64,000 nucleotides of DNA from Lama guanicoe (GCA_013239625.1 MU053873.1:3238524-3302523); one strand, 5' to 3'; positions 13,893 through 26,631 are shown, counted from the first letter of the stretch. Translations and numbers: made by a program. The notes: generated by a model from the letters alone, not told the origin.

Positions 13893-14012
13893 CTTTAGCT
13901 CCTGGACCTCCCGGGAGGCCCGCAGCCACTCTGCCCGCTCACTTTCCAGCACCTGGCAGGCCATGTCCCCTTTGAAGCGCTCATCGGCCAGCTCTGTGGT
14001 TAACTCAGCAAT
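13893..14012 (-). CDS. MYO18B: MYO18B exon, coiled coil: IAELTTELADERFKGDMACQVLESERAEWLRASREVQELK
   Basis: atcccag|ATT acceptor, AAG|gtacgt donor; 120 nt. Confidence 0.94.
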
Positions 14013-14164
14013 CTGGGATGGGGAAGGTTCAAGCAGGGTTACTCGTTGGGGCTGCCACCCCTTCTCCCCTCACATGCTCCACAGGACCACCCTGGGACCA
14101 ATCACTGGTTCTCACAACAAGGCAACCCTTCCATGTAAGGAAGAGGTTCAGAGCATGGACATCA

Positions 14165-14352
14165 GAATTTTACTGGTCTCGCGTGTTAGAATTCTGGGTC
14201 CAACACTCGCTAGCTGTGTGACTCTGAACCACACGGGATGCCTCTGTGATGCTCTGATGCTTACATGGGTGGGGGATAACTGATAGAACTGCTTTAAGAC
14301 TTAAGTGAGATAACCCACTTAGCACGGTGCTTAGCAAGTAGTAAGCGCTCAA
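14165..14352 (+). mobile_element. MIR SINE (target of the tRNA-derived SINE insertion)
   Basis: ctagctgtgtgact core and cttagcacggtgcttagcaagtagtaagcgctcaat tail. Confidence 0.7.
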
Positions 14353-14371
14353 TTTAAAAATAGTTATTCTA

Positions 14372-14458
14372 GGGGGTGGGTGTAGTTCAGTGGTAGAGCC
14401 CATGCTTAGCATGCATGAGGTCCTGGGTTCAATCCCCAGTACCTCCATTTAAAAAAAA
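14372..14458 (+). mobile_element. tRNA-Ala(AGC)-derived SINE (camelid vic-1-like, short copy) with A tail
   Basis: GGGGGTGGGTGTAGTTCAGTGGTAGAGC...TTAGCAT...GGTTCAATCCCCAGTACCTCCA, then an A-run. 17-bp TSD aaaaatagt(t/c)attctag at 14356-14372 and 14454-14470. Confidence 0.85.
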
Positions 14459-17400
14459 TAGTCATTCTAGTAGAAACTCTGCTTAGCCATCCTTCAGTGA
14501 GCCATCTCACTGGACCAGCCCACAGGCCCCCTCAGTAAGACACACTCACAGACAGCCCAGCACCCGGGGATGCTCTCAGCCAGGAAACCACTCTGTGATT
14601 CCCCTGGGTCTATCTGCCTCTACCAGCTGATGGCCGTGCACACCCAGCATCGACTGTGTGTGTTCTCAACCAGTTTGTGCCACAATTACCTATTCCATTA
14701 GCTGTTCTATAAACCTGTAAAACATGACTGGACAGAGAGTTCTCATGAAAACTAGGCTGAATGCTTTGGAAGGAATGAATACAGGTAAGTCTCTTCTTAA
14801 TTCTGTCAAATAGGTGTAGGTGCAAAAACTATAAAGAAAAACTAGAAGTAAAAATTTAGGCCTCTGCATTCAAATTGCTTTGCCATTTGCTCCGCTTTAA
14901 AGAAATCAAGACTGGAAATCATACAGTTGTGTGTTAGGGGTATGGTTTAAAAAAGGAAGTAGATCTTGAGTCAGAAGCTCAACCTCAAAAGGCTGTGGTC
15001 CTATCTCAGGGAGTTACAGTAGACGTGTTTAAAATTAAAAATAAAAATGTTTATTTTTAAATGAATTTCCACTTGCCTGACTTTTTTCTTCTTCAAAATA
15101 ACTGACCAACCTCAAGCATTAGATAGGTCAGCACTTCTGTGGTCTGACTGCTGCAGAATACAGCCTTCCAGGTTTAAGGATATGCCAAAGAAAGTGAGGA
15201 GAGAAACGTATGAGTGGACTGTTTATGACCAAGAGGCTCAGAAATGACCTTGCACAGAAGAGTCCTCATGAAACTGAGGCTACCCCTTATGCGAGGCAGT
15301 GGCTAAAGTCCAGAGGGAAGAAAAAGGGGAAAAAAATAGAGGCAAGGTACAGGGTTCAAGTTCAGATGTGATAATTAACATACGGTGTGACCTTGGACGA
15401 GGCTCCTCCTCTCTGGGGCTGTGGTCACCCAAGCTGTAAAATGTATTGAATTGGGCGATGTCTACTGTTCCCCTGGTGTTCCCATACTAGGCCACGAATC
15501 TTGCACATAAAGATGTCTGAATGCCACACCCTCCCATCAGACCATCTGCGTGGCACTGAGGGGTGGGGACTGCGGGCTGCTCTCACACGGACACTGGGTG
15601 GCCCTTTCAGCATGGATGAAGCTGCCCCTCCAAGCTCATCTCCATCAGTACTACGCTCACAGGCTGTCTCAGAAACCACTCAGCTGCCCCATGAAGAAGG
15701 AGGATGCATATCTACATATTCTGACATAAAAAATCCCCAAGGCATATTGCCAAAGGGAAAAAGCAAAGTTGCAGAATAGAACATTTGCCATGTTCCCATT
15801 TTTGTTTGTACCTGCACAGAAAAAGGCACTCCCAAAGTGTTAATAGGGATTTCTTTTTTTTCCACCTAGAAGGGTGGACTCACAAAGGACTCCAATTTCC
15901 CTGTAATGCCATTTCTGTCCTGTTGACTTCCTTAACCGCTTTTGCCATCAGAAAAAGACATAAAACAAAATAAACATTTTTAAAAAATAGTTCAAAAAAT
16001 AAACTGAGCTGGGGCTGCTCCATCCAGTCCCCGCTCCTCACCTTTTCCCCCCCTGCAGCCCATCCGCTTCCCTCCCATCTAGCTGACCATAGCAGTGACT
16101 GCCCAGGCCGAACGGAGATTTCAACAGAAACAGAAAAACCGAGGCTCAAGGGGAGTGTTGGGAAGTCACACAGCAGGTAAACGGGCAGAGCGTGGATGGG
16201 ACCCCAGATCTGTCAGATACAAGTACTGAAGCCAGTTAAAGAAGAAGAGGCCCTCCCCAGGTGCTCCTGGCTGCCTTGGTGGGGTCGCTTCCTTGCTATT
16301 CCTTGCACTGTTGTCTTTAGAGTATTCATTGCGATGACCTTGGATGGTTATTATAAAATTCCAGGATCCTCACATCCCCCAAACCATAATCTCTGAGGTG
16401 GGATGCAGGAATCTGAATTTCAACACACTCCAAGGCGATTTGTCTGCACGACAGAGTTTAAGAACTACGACCACAGAGACAGGATTGTCTCCTAATTTTG
16501 GCCTTGCTTGGCTTTAGGTGGGTTAGACATGCCTATAGGCATGCAAAAATATTCAAGCTGGAAAAGTGATCACTTGCAAAGACCACGGAATATAGGCCAG
16601 TGCCGTCCAGGAGTGCACCCCAGCCACGCCCCTGGTCACACACACCCCCCCCCAGCCACACTCCCTGATCATGCCCCACCTGACTCCCCATCTCTGAGAT
16701 CAGCATTGATTCCAAACACCGGGACTGTGTTCTCTCTGCCTTGGCCAATTAGTGTGAAATTTAATTTGTGCTAATTGGCCTGAGAAGAGGGAGCACAAAA
16801 TTGATTTAATACATTAATTTTGAGTTCCACAGAATCCAAGTCTGAAGCCCAAAGGATGATCAGTCCTTCCATACTGGGGAAATGACAAATGCTTTTCTCA
16901 GAGATAGAAGCCCCTGACCCTCCCCTGTCTCCACAAAGCCCTCTCCCTTCCTACCTTTTGGGGTCCAGGGGCTTTGTCCCTGAGGTAAGGGTTGGGTACA
17001 ATGCCCAGAGTGATTAGGTGAATGCAAAATGAAAGCCAATTTAACGAGGGGCAGAGCCCAGTCAGCAAACCCAGAAGGGTCCTTCGCAGATTACTCTACG
17101 ATCAGTTAACCAGAACTAATTCTGAAAACCTCCCTGGATCCGCCACTTAGCCAAATAGTCAGAAACCCTCTTTCTACTTAGGGACAATGACCCTAAGGGT
17201 CTGCCAGAGAGAAAGGGATAAAAATGAATGGATGTTCTGTACATTTTGCATAAAGTCGAAGGAAAATAACATATCCTGTGTGCAGGCACCATGTGCGGTT
17301 TGGGAGAACAGTGGGCAACAGAGGTCTGATGAACGTTAAATGCTGAGCACACACAGGGTTCCTTGTCACTGTCACTTGCCATTCACGATGGGAGTACCTA

Positions 17401-18129
17401 CGGCCTGCCGGCCCTGCCCTCAAAAACCCCACATGGGGCACCCACAAATCCTGGCCCTACTCGGCCCTTGGCTCTTACATTCAAGGACGCTCAGATCCCC
17501 GATAACCTTTCCCAAGATGAGTAAAAGCACAGTTCAGACACACTTCCCTGGACGAGAACCACAGCTCTACCACAGCACAACCCCTCCATCAGGGTCATCA
17601 CGAGGCTTGTTGAAGAAGCACTGAAGGACCCCCACCTCCAAGATTCCCACTGGAGTCAAACCCTTGAGAGATGGGACCAAGGAGGCTACAGGGTTAACAG
17701 CTCCTCTGGGTGATTCGGATGCTCTTTAAAGTGCAAAAGCAACCAACACAAATCAACAGTAGCTTTAGGGGGAGGGGGGAGGCAGCTGGGCAGAGAGGGA
17801 CTTACAGCCCTTTCTTCAAGTAGGATCTTACTTGGGCCCCAACGTGCTACCTTTCACTCCATCTGAGCTGCCACTGATTGCAAGAGGCACGTTACAGAAC
17901 ATCTGAAAGTGTGGCCAGTTTTTAGTGTGAGAGGCCACTGACTGTTAGGTGCAGCCCGATCCCAAAGATGTACAAGGGTGGAAAATAATGCGCATCTGAG
18001 AATCGATAAAAACACAGAACGAAACCAAAAGAGTGCATTACCATAAATGATGCAGGTTTGGGAGTTGTGGAAACCTTTGACCTCTTCTTCGCCCTTCAGC
18101 CAGTCTGAAGAGACGTGGACTTCAGAAAA

Positions 18130-19030
18130 CACTTCAAATCACCGCACCAAAGAAGGCAAGCCACAGAATGGAAGATATCTGTACTACTTGTATTAAACTG
18201 ACCTTACACCCACAGCATATAAAGAATTGCTACAAATCAACAAGAAAAGCAGCAGAAAAGGCTTAAAAGACCACCTTGCTAACGTGGATGACCAAAAGCC
18301 AAAAACATGTGAAGAGGTGCGAATTAAAATCACGTGAGAAAACCGCATAGCCACCAAAATCGCTAAATGAGAAAGACAGAGAATACCCGGCGCCGGTAAA
18401 GACACGGAGCAGGCAGAACCTCACCCGGCCATGGGAGCACAAACTGATAAACACTGTAGTAAACTGCTAAGTACTATCTATGAAAACTAGACACAGAAAC
18501 AACTTAAAACCCAGCAATTCCATTCCTAGGTGTACTCTGAACAGAAAAGCATGAGCTGTGCGCTGAAACACACGTATCAGAACGTTGACAGCAAGTTTGT
18601 TCATAACAGTTCAAAAAAAAAAACCCTAATAGTCACTTAGAGTAGAAGGGAAAACAGTGGTCTCTGTACCAAATGGAATACTGTACAACAGAGTGAACGG
18701 CCCACAATCACATACCACAACGTGAATGAAATGTCACAGACAACGGCAAATGAAGGAAACCAGACAAATGAGTACACATATCTGATGAATTTAGATCAAG
18801 TTCAAAAACAGAGGGAAAAACTAATGACATTATACGTTGAGTCTGGTGGTTACTGGTGGAAGGCAGTGGCTGAAAGGGGGCATGGAGGTGGAATCGGGGG
18901 AAGCGGGGAATGATCTGTGTCTCACTCTGGGTGCTGGTCACATTGGAGTGTCCACTTTGTGAAAATTCATTAAGCTGCACACTTGAGATATGTGCACTTT
19001 TTTGTATGTTGGGCCTTAATATAAAGTTTA
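18130..19030 (+). mobile_element. Highly decayed LINE-1 (L1ME-like) 3' fragment
   Basis: cccagcaattccattcctagg, aatggaatactgtaca and tgtgaaaattcattaagctgcacactt motifs; boundaries approximate. Confidence 0.6.
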
Positions 19031-19337
19031 AAAAGGAAGGAAGGAAAGGAGGAACAGGAGGAAAAAGAGGAGGAGGGGAAAGCGGAGGAGCTAGGGAGGA
19101 AGAGGCAGAAACCATAACACTCAGTCCTTAGAGGTGCTTCCTGGATAAAGCCCTGCTCTGACCCTGGCTGAATTCTTCCAGTTCAAGACGGTGCTATCAG
19201 AGGCATTCCCACAGAAGCCCTCTTGTATCTGCTGTGAGTACCACTGAGTGCCTTTGGTGGCCTTTCCATGAGGATTCATGGGAGAAAACTTCTTTAATAG
19301 CTCAGTACCCTGAAAAGTTGTTCTTTTCTCAAGCAAC

Positions 19338-19374
<37 letters not shown>
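19338..19374 (+). repeat. Compound (GT)n(GA)n microsatellite
   Basis: Read directly from the sequence. Confidence 0.95.
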
Positions 19375-21121
19375 TTTAACCGAGACATATTCTGTGTCTA
19401 CAGAATATCCTGCTTTCCTCTCTGCTTTGGTCACTAGAAGGTTTGGTGTCAAATTTTCAGCCCACTGTTAATGGTTCTGCTCACTCATTCTGTGTCTCTT
19501 CTGCACCGGGGGGCTGGGCTGACGTGATGAGTAAGACATAGCCCTGCCCCTGGGGTCTCACAGCCTAGCTTGTAGCCTATAGTGGGGGCCTAATCCACCC
19601 TCAGATGGTCAAGGAAGACTTCTTGGAGAAAGTGCCACCTGAATGAAGAAAAAAGGGATGATGAGACATGAGCCAGGTGAAGAGGGCAGAGGGAAATGTC
19701 CCAGACAGAGGGAACAGCACGTGCAAAGGCCGTGAAGTGAGAGTGAGTCTGAGGCCAGTGGTAGATTTCTATATTCTAACGCTCTCCCTGGTTTTGTATA
19801 CTCTTCAACTCTTATTTCCCTTTGCTCTGATTTTCTTAGCTTTTAAATTTTATCTTATTTTTCCAAGGCTCCATGCATCTTTTTGCAACCACGTGTGACA
19901 CAAAGACAACAAGAGCCTGGGTGGGATATTCCGCAGGTGCCGACACTTGTGTCCTTGGTTCAGCTCTCGGAAGCCTGGCTTCCTGCTCCCCTCCTCCCAG
20001 TGTCCCACAAGCTGTAGCTCTGGATGCCAAAGATGTTCACCTCATCCCTCTCGCCAAGTTCCCCCAGCAGCTGATGCATCGCAAACTCCCAAGTCCAACC
20101 TGACAGCTCGTGATGAATCACTGTGTCAAACGTCAGCTCAGAGGGAAGGAATTTCTACCAGGAAGTCACTGATATTTCCAATAGCGCACAGCTCTCCGAT
20201 TTTTGCTTCTGCTGCTCTACTCATTGCTACTTCCAGTAAGAGGGGTCAGGCTGCTGGCTCTCCAGGGACTCCACTGAGAAAGTAAGGCACTTGTGTGTCA
20301 TTTCCTCTCCTTACAGTCCTGTCCGCAGGAGGGCACAGGCTCAGGGTGAGCATCCCAGCCCAGCTTCCCCTGACAATATGCACAGATGTGACCCTCCCCC
20401 TTCCAGAAGCCCTGCCTCCTTCCTGACTGTGGGGGTGGGCATGGAGTGAGCAGACAGAGGACCCTCAGTGGCGAGGGTGGACACAATCACAGAGAGAATG
20501 AGGAGGGGAAAGAGACAGCCCCCTCCCACCCCGACTTCATTCCACATCTCCACGTGACCAGCCAGGTTCAGTTCAGGTTGTGAACGTAGGAAGCAGCACG
20601 TGCTCTGCTGGCCTGATGGTGAATCTACTCAGTCACCATTACCCAGCAACCCAACCAAGCAATGCCATCCGGAAAATACTCCCACAGCCTCGCAGGTGTA
20701 GAAAGCTCTAGTTTTGCTCTGGACTGACAGGTATCACCCCCACGTTGCCCCCAGGACCTTTGCACCTGCTATTTCTACTCTTCCTTTGGAACTGCACATA
20801 GATGGGGACATCAAATCACTCGGCTGTAAAGTCAGACATCTCCCTTGACCTCTTAGGCAACATTAGCCCTCACTCAACCCCCCTCCACTTACTACCTGCA
20901 ACACTCTACAATCTGAAACTAGTCTGCACATTTATTTACTTGTGGTCTGTCTCCCTCTATTGGCCTGGAGGCTTTGTGAGGACAGGGACTTGGCCTTGTC
21001 CCAACCTGTATCCAAGGGGTCCAGTCAGATGCCTGACACCTGGGAGGTACCCATACATTATGTGTTGAATAAGGGAATAAATCAGCTGTATGTGAACTTC
21101 AGCAGAGCCCTGTGAGGTACC

Positions 21122-21534
21122 CAGAGCTTCCTGGGAAAAGACAGCTGAGGCTGAGTCAAGTACTCACCGGGGGTGCAAAATCTAAGGGAGCGTCAAAACC
21201 TTCAGAAGTCAAGATAAATTAAAAACATGAATGCAATCTTCAAGAAAATAAAAATTAATGCCAAAAATCTGTGATGAATAAAATATCAAAATTTCAAAGA
21301 CAGACAGGATCCTACTATGCAGAGTGCACCAACGCTCACCTCACCCCTATTCTGGTTGACGAAGCCTGCATTTATTTAAAATTTTGATATTTTGCCCATC
21401 ATGGATTTTTTTAATTCATTTACATTTTAAAAGATACTGTATTAAGTATTATTTATCTTGCAGGGTTTTTTGGCGGCCCTTTAAATTGTGCCTGAGACAA
21501 CTGCCTCACAACCCTCACCCTAGTCCCAGCTCTG
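21122..21534. mobile_element. MER96B-like palindromic hAT MITE
   Basis: Terminal cagagct/agctctg; long imperfect inverted arms (aaaatatcaaaattt vs aaattttgatatttt; caagataaat vs atttatcttg). Confidence 0.7.
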
Positions 21535-22002
21535 AGAGGTGAGTGAACCAGCCAGCTTTCCTTGAACAGCTCTTTCTTGGCCTACCCACAGCTCACTGAC
21601 CACGTCCCACGTTATACTGTATGAATATGTGTAGAAATCTGTCATTTGTGATTGCTGCCTTGAGGGCAGGGTCATCTGGTTCAAGACTTCACCCCCAGCC
21701 CATGAGCTCAATATCCAGTTAAAGAAAGAAGAGGCCAGCATGCAGTCACACACACCCCAATCACGTGTCCCCTTCCATCCCTCAGAGATGACTACTACGC
21801 TGAATCTGGAATTACTATTCTCATGAACACCCAACTGTAACTATATAGGTGTATGCTCCAATCAATGTACAGTATTATTGTACACACTTTTAAAATACGT
21901 ACTGTAACATATTTCAGGTATTCTTTTGTACGTTAATCATTTTCCTTCAGTGTTATGTTTTCAAGGGCAATCTGTGTTTGTTCATCTATCTCTATTTGAA
22001 GG

Positions 22003-22198
22003 ATCAGGAAACCTCTATAAAGAGTCAGAGAGTAAATATTTTCAGTCTCTGTCACCATCACTCAACTCTGCTTTTGTGGTATGAAAGCATGGGGACTAAA
22101 CACAAATGAATGGCTGTGGCTGTGTGCCAATAAAACTTTATTTACAAAGAACAGGTGGTGAAATGGACTTGCCCTATATGAACCATAGTTTGCCTGCC
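22003..22198 (+). mobile_element. MER58A-like hAT-Charlie element inside a decayed antisense L1
   Basis: agtaaatattttcag, actcaactctgc, gtggctgtgtgccaataaaactttatttacaaa and ccatagtttgcc motifs. Confidence 0.75.
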
Positions 22199-23062
22199 TC
22201 CTCATTCATTTTCACCTTGGTAATTCAACTTTCAGTATTAACAAAATGTGTTCCCCAACCCTGTCAGTAGATTCCCATTGGGGTGTTTACTTTTCTTCAC
22301 CATGACAAATGCTGCTGCTGTAAGCGTCTCATCTTTTCATTTATATGTGGGAAAGATTCTCCAGCTCGTGGACCTAGGAGTGGAACTGCTGGGTCACAGG
22401 GTACAGGCAGCTGTGACTTTCAGAGATAATTGCCTGTCTGAAGTGTGAAATGATACGTGCCGTGGTGTTAATTCACATTTCCTGATTGCTAGTTCATTGA
22501 GCATCTTTTCATGAGTTTATTGGCCATTTGAATTCCTGATCATCTGAACCCTTGGAATAAGAGTTCCCCTCCTGGGAACTGCCAATTCCTAATTTTTGCC
22601 CTTTTTCTTTAACTGCAGTGTTTCCCTTTTCCCATTGATGTGAGGAAGTTCTTTACATATTCTGGGTACTCTTTGCCAGTTACACGTGTGCAAATTTCAT
22701 CTTCAAGTATTTTGTGCTTTGACAATTAGAAGTTGATTACTTCACTGGGGTCACACTGGTCATTTCCCCTCTGAGATTTGTGCTTCTTTGAGTCAAACGT
22801 AAGAAATTCTTCCCTTTGGAGCCAGATGACGTGGGTTTGACTCTCCGCTCTATACTTGCCGGTTGTGTGTCTCTGGAAGGTAGCTAAAATCCCAGAGCCT
22901 CAGTTTCCTCCTCTATAAAGTGGGGACAGTCACAGCCCACACTGCACAGGGTTACTCTGAGGAGGCCTGAAGGCAGATGGTGCAAGGCCAGGCTCATCAT
23001 CATCTTCCCCGTCAACAGACCTCCCCCTGCACAAGGACCCCACACAGGAGGGATGGGGGTAC

Positions 23063-23152
23063 CTTGCTCTCTAGCAGGTCTGTGTTCTGCCGGAGTTCAT
23101 TCCGAGACTTCTCCGACTTTTCTAGCTTCTGTCTCAGCGTTGTAAGCTCCTC
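23063..23152 (-). CDS. MYO18B: MYO18B exon, coiled coil: EELTTLRQKLEKSEKSRNELRQNTDLLESK
   Basis: ttttgcag|GAG acceptor, AAG|gtaccc donor; 90 nt. Confidence 0.92.
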
Positions 23153-23857
23153 CTGCAAAAACAAACACCTTAACGGAAGCCACTCTGGACCAGGGGGTTA
23201 GCTTCCATGTGCATTAAGACTGGGAAAGAAGCAGGTTATTTAGCCAGCCTATCTGTGATGATGCCCTGATGCTAAGCGCTTCTGAGGGACTTTTTCTTTG
23301 ACCATTTCCGAGTATCAATGTCTCTGTGCTCATACAAGTCTGGTCCACGCCAGCCCAGGCTAGGGACTGAACACAAGTTCTCAGAACAGGACCAGTGCTG
23401 GTCCCGAGTCTGGGTGCCCGAGTGAGATGGGGTGCTTGGCTCTTCATGCTCCCGGATTATCACTCTCCTGCCCAGCGGCTCAGCACCAGGCTCACACCAC
23501 CACCATTAGGAGCAACCTACACATCCACCCACTGCAGGCCAGTGTGGGGAGCTATGAAACACACACACAAAGGAGTACTACGTAGCCACAAAAAGAGAAT
23601 AGGGAAGGTGTCTACAAAAATGGCAATCATATGACAATATATAAATGTTATCCCATTAACATGCTGTGCACCTTAAATTTATAGTGTTATAGGTCAAACG
23701 TGTTTCAATTAAACTTTTTTTAAAAAGAAAATCCAAGAAAATGGACACGGCATGATTCTCAAATATGTTTTTGAGTGAAAAACGCAAGTTGCAGAGGAAT
23801 ATGCAGTATGCTACTATTTGTGTAAGAAAGATAGGAAGTTTTAGTTAAGTGGAGTGA

Positions 23858-23862
<5 letters not shown>

Positions 23863-23891
<29 letters not shown>
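23863..23891 (+). repeat. (TG)n microsatellite
   Basis: Read directly from the sequence. Confidence 0.95.
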
Positions 23892-23894
<3 letters not shown>

Positions 23895-23905
23895 CAATGA
23901 TCAAA

Positions 23906-24208
23906 GTCATTGTGCTTGGCTTTACTGTGCTTTACACATATGGCATTTTTTTACAAATTTGAGGTTGGAGGCAAGCCTGTGTTTAGCAAGTCTATTGGCG
24001 ACTTTCTCCAACAGCATTATTTTTTAATTAAGGTATGTACATTGCTTTTAGACACAGTGCTATTGCACACTTAATAGACTACAGTAGAGTGTCAATGTAA
24101 CTTATAGGCACTGAGAAGCCAATAAATTTGTGTGACTCGGTTTAGTGTGATACCCACTTTAATTTGGCGGTCTGGAACCAAATCTGCAATATCTCCCAAG
24201 TATGCCTG
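23906..24208 (+). mobile_element. Tigger1 internal-deletion derivative (about 300 bp)
   Basis: Tigger1 5' motifs (ttttttacaaatttgaggtt...agcaagtctattggcg) fused to the 3' end ggtctggaacc...caagtatgcctg|ta. Confidence 0.8.
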
Positions 24209-24606
24209 TATTTGCTAATCTCTGCAGAAAGAAACAATAGGCAGGGTAAACCAGAAACCAGTCAAAACAGTTACCTGTGTCAGGTGGGTGCTAATCGGGT
24301 AGGAGGGAGAGTAAGAGGTTAAGACTTAGGATGCGAAGACTCCACCACCCTCGAGTCTCTCTAGATAAGCAGTAAGCGTTCACACACTGGGGAAGCTAGG
24401 GTGTCTAACCAGCACCCGCTAGCCTAGGAAGAGCTGGGCACGTGTGTGCATGGGAGCAGAGGGACATCTGGAAGGGGGCAGCAAGGGCTGCTGGGTGGAG
24501 CATTCCTAGATCAAGAATTTCCAGGGCTGGGGGCACTAGTTGGGATGCAAGCACTAAGGTGGGGGAGGGGATGGGCCACCCAGCACCCTGCCGGCCACGG
24601 ACCCAC

Positions 24607-24750
24607 CTCCTTGGCTCGGAGCTGAGCCTCCCCAATGGTGACACTCAGCAGAGGCCGCAAGGAACCAAGGAGCTGCCACCACGGCCAGTCCTTGACCGCC
24701 AGGAACACAGCCATGTTCTTCTGGATGCACCGTGCAGCCAGCCGGTGAAT
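24607..24750 (-). CDS. MYO18B: MYO18B exon, degenerate IQ and hook: IHRLAARCIQKNMAVFLAVKDWPWWQLLGSLRPLLSVTIGEAQLRAKE
   Basis: ccctgcag|ATT acceptor, GAG|gtgggt donor; 144 nt; WPWW hook as in myosin II. Confidence 0.96.
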
Positions 24751-25154
24751 CTGCAGGGGAGGAGAGTGAAGACTGAGGGCCCTTCCCACCTCTGTCAAAG
24801 GAGGCAGAGGGCAGCAAAGCCAGTGGAGAAAATGGGTTTGTATCCTAGTGCAAGGGGCTAGGTGCCTGGAAGAAAAAAAAAAAAGCTTCCTTTCGGAAGT
24901 CAGGCTCTCGGCATCAGGCGTTAGTCCACAATTTAGTCTTGCACAGCCTAATAATAATAACAGGATGAGGAGTAGAAAATATAATATGACAGAGCCACTT
25001 TTACATGGGGATTAAGTTCAAAAGTCACCGTGCAAGGCAAAAACCATACTCAAAAATCCCTGAAAGTGCCCTCAAGAAACACTGACCAGGATTACGCTGT
25101 TAGTTGCTATTTAAGGAAGAGAAATTACTTTAGGTGCAGTTAAACACGAACTCC

Positions 25155-25336
25155 ATGCTCCTTACTCTTAAGTGTGCATCAGAATCTCCTAGAGGGCTTG
25201 TTAAAAAGAGGGGCTGGGCCCCACCCACGACGATCTGACTCTAAGTCTGGGGAGGGGTCTGAGTATCTGCACTGCTCACAAACCCCTCGCTGATGCAGAG
25301 ACTGCTGGTCCAGGAATCACGCTCTGAGAACCACTG
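25155..25336. mobile_element. MER5A-like hAT-Charlie MITE
   Basis: tgcatcagaatctcctagagggcttgttaaaa...gctggtccaggaatcacgctctgagaaccactg. Confidence 0.75.
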
Positions 25337-26502
25337 ACCTAATTCATTCTTATCATAGGTGGGAATCAAGCCAGCATCTCAACAGTCAAGACTGTACAGC
25401 CGGCACAGCGCCTCCTACAGGCCAGGCACTGCCCTGAGCATCTCACACACTTCAGCTCAGTCCCCTCTAAATCCTACGAGGTATTATCATCATCTCCATT
25501 TTACAGATGGGGAAACAGGCACAAAGAGGCAGAGTCACATGCCCAGCATCACACAGCTTCTCAGTGGCAGAGTCAGGACATGAACTCCTGTAGACAAAGC
25601 CCAGGCTCTTAATTAATCTCTTATTTCAAAACCATCCCAAGGCATAAACTACCTTGGGAGTGCAATGGGCCAGTGAGATTGCCCACAATGTTTTAATTAT
25701 TAATGTTCTTGCCTTCTTCTATTCTTACCAAGTACATAAACTTGAGTTTACAAATTCACGTCAGCTGGAGGCATGTGCAGTGAGGTGGTAATTAACGATG
25801 ACAATGCTAAGGTAACGTAACTAGGATTTATGGAGCAGTTACAAGCACCACAGACAGGACTAAGTGCACATCACCCCACCTCATCTGCAGCCAGCTACTA
25901 CATGGTGGGCTGGGACTCAAACATGGTTCTTGTTTGTCTCCAGAGCCATGCTGCCTGTTCTCCCCTGTGCAGGCTACAGAGAGGAAACTGAGTCTCCAGA
26001 GATGTCCAAGGGTGGTTCAGGCCTGCGGATCCTGAACCTGCTCTTTGGTCCCAAAGGCCTCTGTGCCTGGGTCCTGCCCATGCCCTGTCTGCTGACCCAT
26101 GACAGCCAAGTTCTAGGGAGATGGAACAGGCTGGAACCATGTCCAACCCAGGAGGGCTTGGACAACCTCATGGATATCCTGTTCAAGGCTGACATCATTG
26201 GTAATTTGATGTCAATGTTCTAGAAACAATCGTAACAGCTTACAGAGTATCGATAAAAGTCTCACCACTCGGGGTGGGCCTGTGGGCGGGCAGCACTGGC
26301 ACCACCACGGGAGACGTGCAGAGCCCCAGGCTCACCCCAGACCCACTGGACCAGAATCTGCATGTTAACAACATCCCACTGGAGATTCGCACACAAGAGC
26401 GAGTGTGAGAAGCAGGGATTACAGCCCCGGGCCCAGCATGGATGGTGCTTTTCCAGGATCTCTCGCCCCTGACGGGTTCACGACGCACACAGGCCTTCAT
26501 AC

Positions 26503-26631
26503 CTTCAGCTTCTTGAATTCCTGGCGAGACAGGAAGCCCCTGCAGGCCGCCTGGAACAAGACGATGCTGTGAGACACCAGCTTCTCCCGCTGCTTCTCCA
26601 GCCTGGAGACCACGCCTGCCTTGAGGAAGAC
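26503..26631 (-). CDS. MYO18B: MYO18B exon with IQ motif: VFLKAGVVSRLEKQREKLVSHSIVLFQAACRGFLSRQEFKKLK
   Basis: tcctgccag|GTC acceptor, AAG|gtatga donor; 129 nt; FQxxxRGxxxR IQ motif. Confidence 0.96.

Noticed and set aside
13591..14283. 230-aa plus-strand ORF
   Set aside because: Antisense shadow of two MYO18B exons running into a MIR; non-ATG start and no recognisable domain.
14354..14363. MEF2-like site TTAAAAATAG
   Set aside because: Isolated match within a MIR tail and SINE target site, with no supporting motif cluster.
14372..14447. Functional tRNA-Ala gene
   Set aside because: Altered 5' acceptor stem, A-tail, TSD and no poly-T terminator indicate a retroposed SINE.
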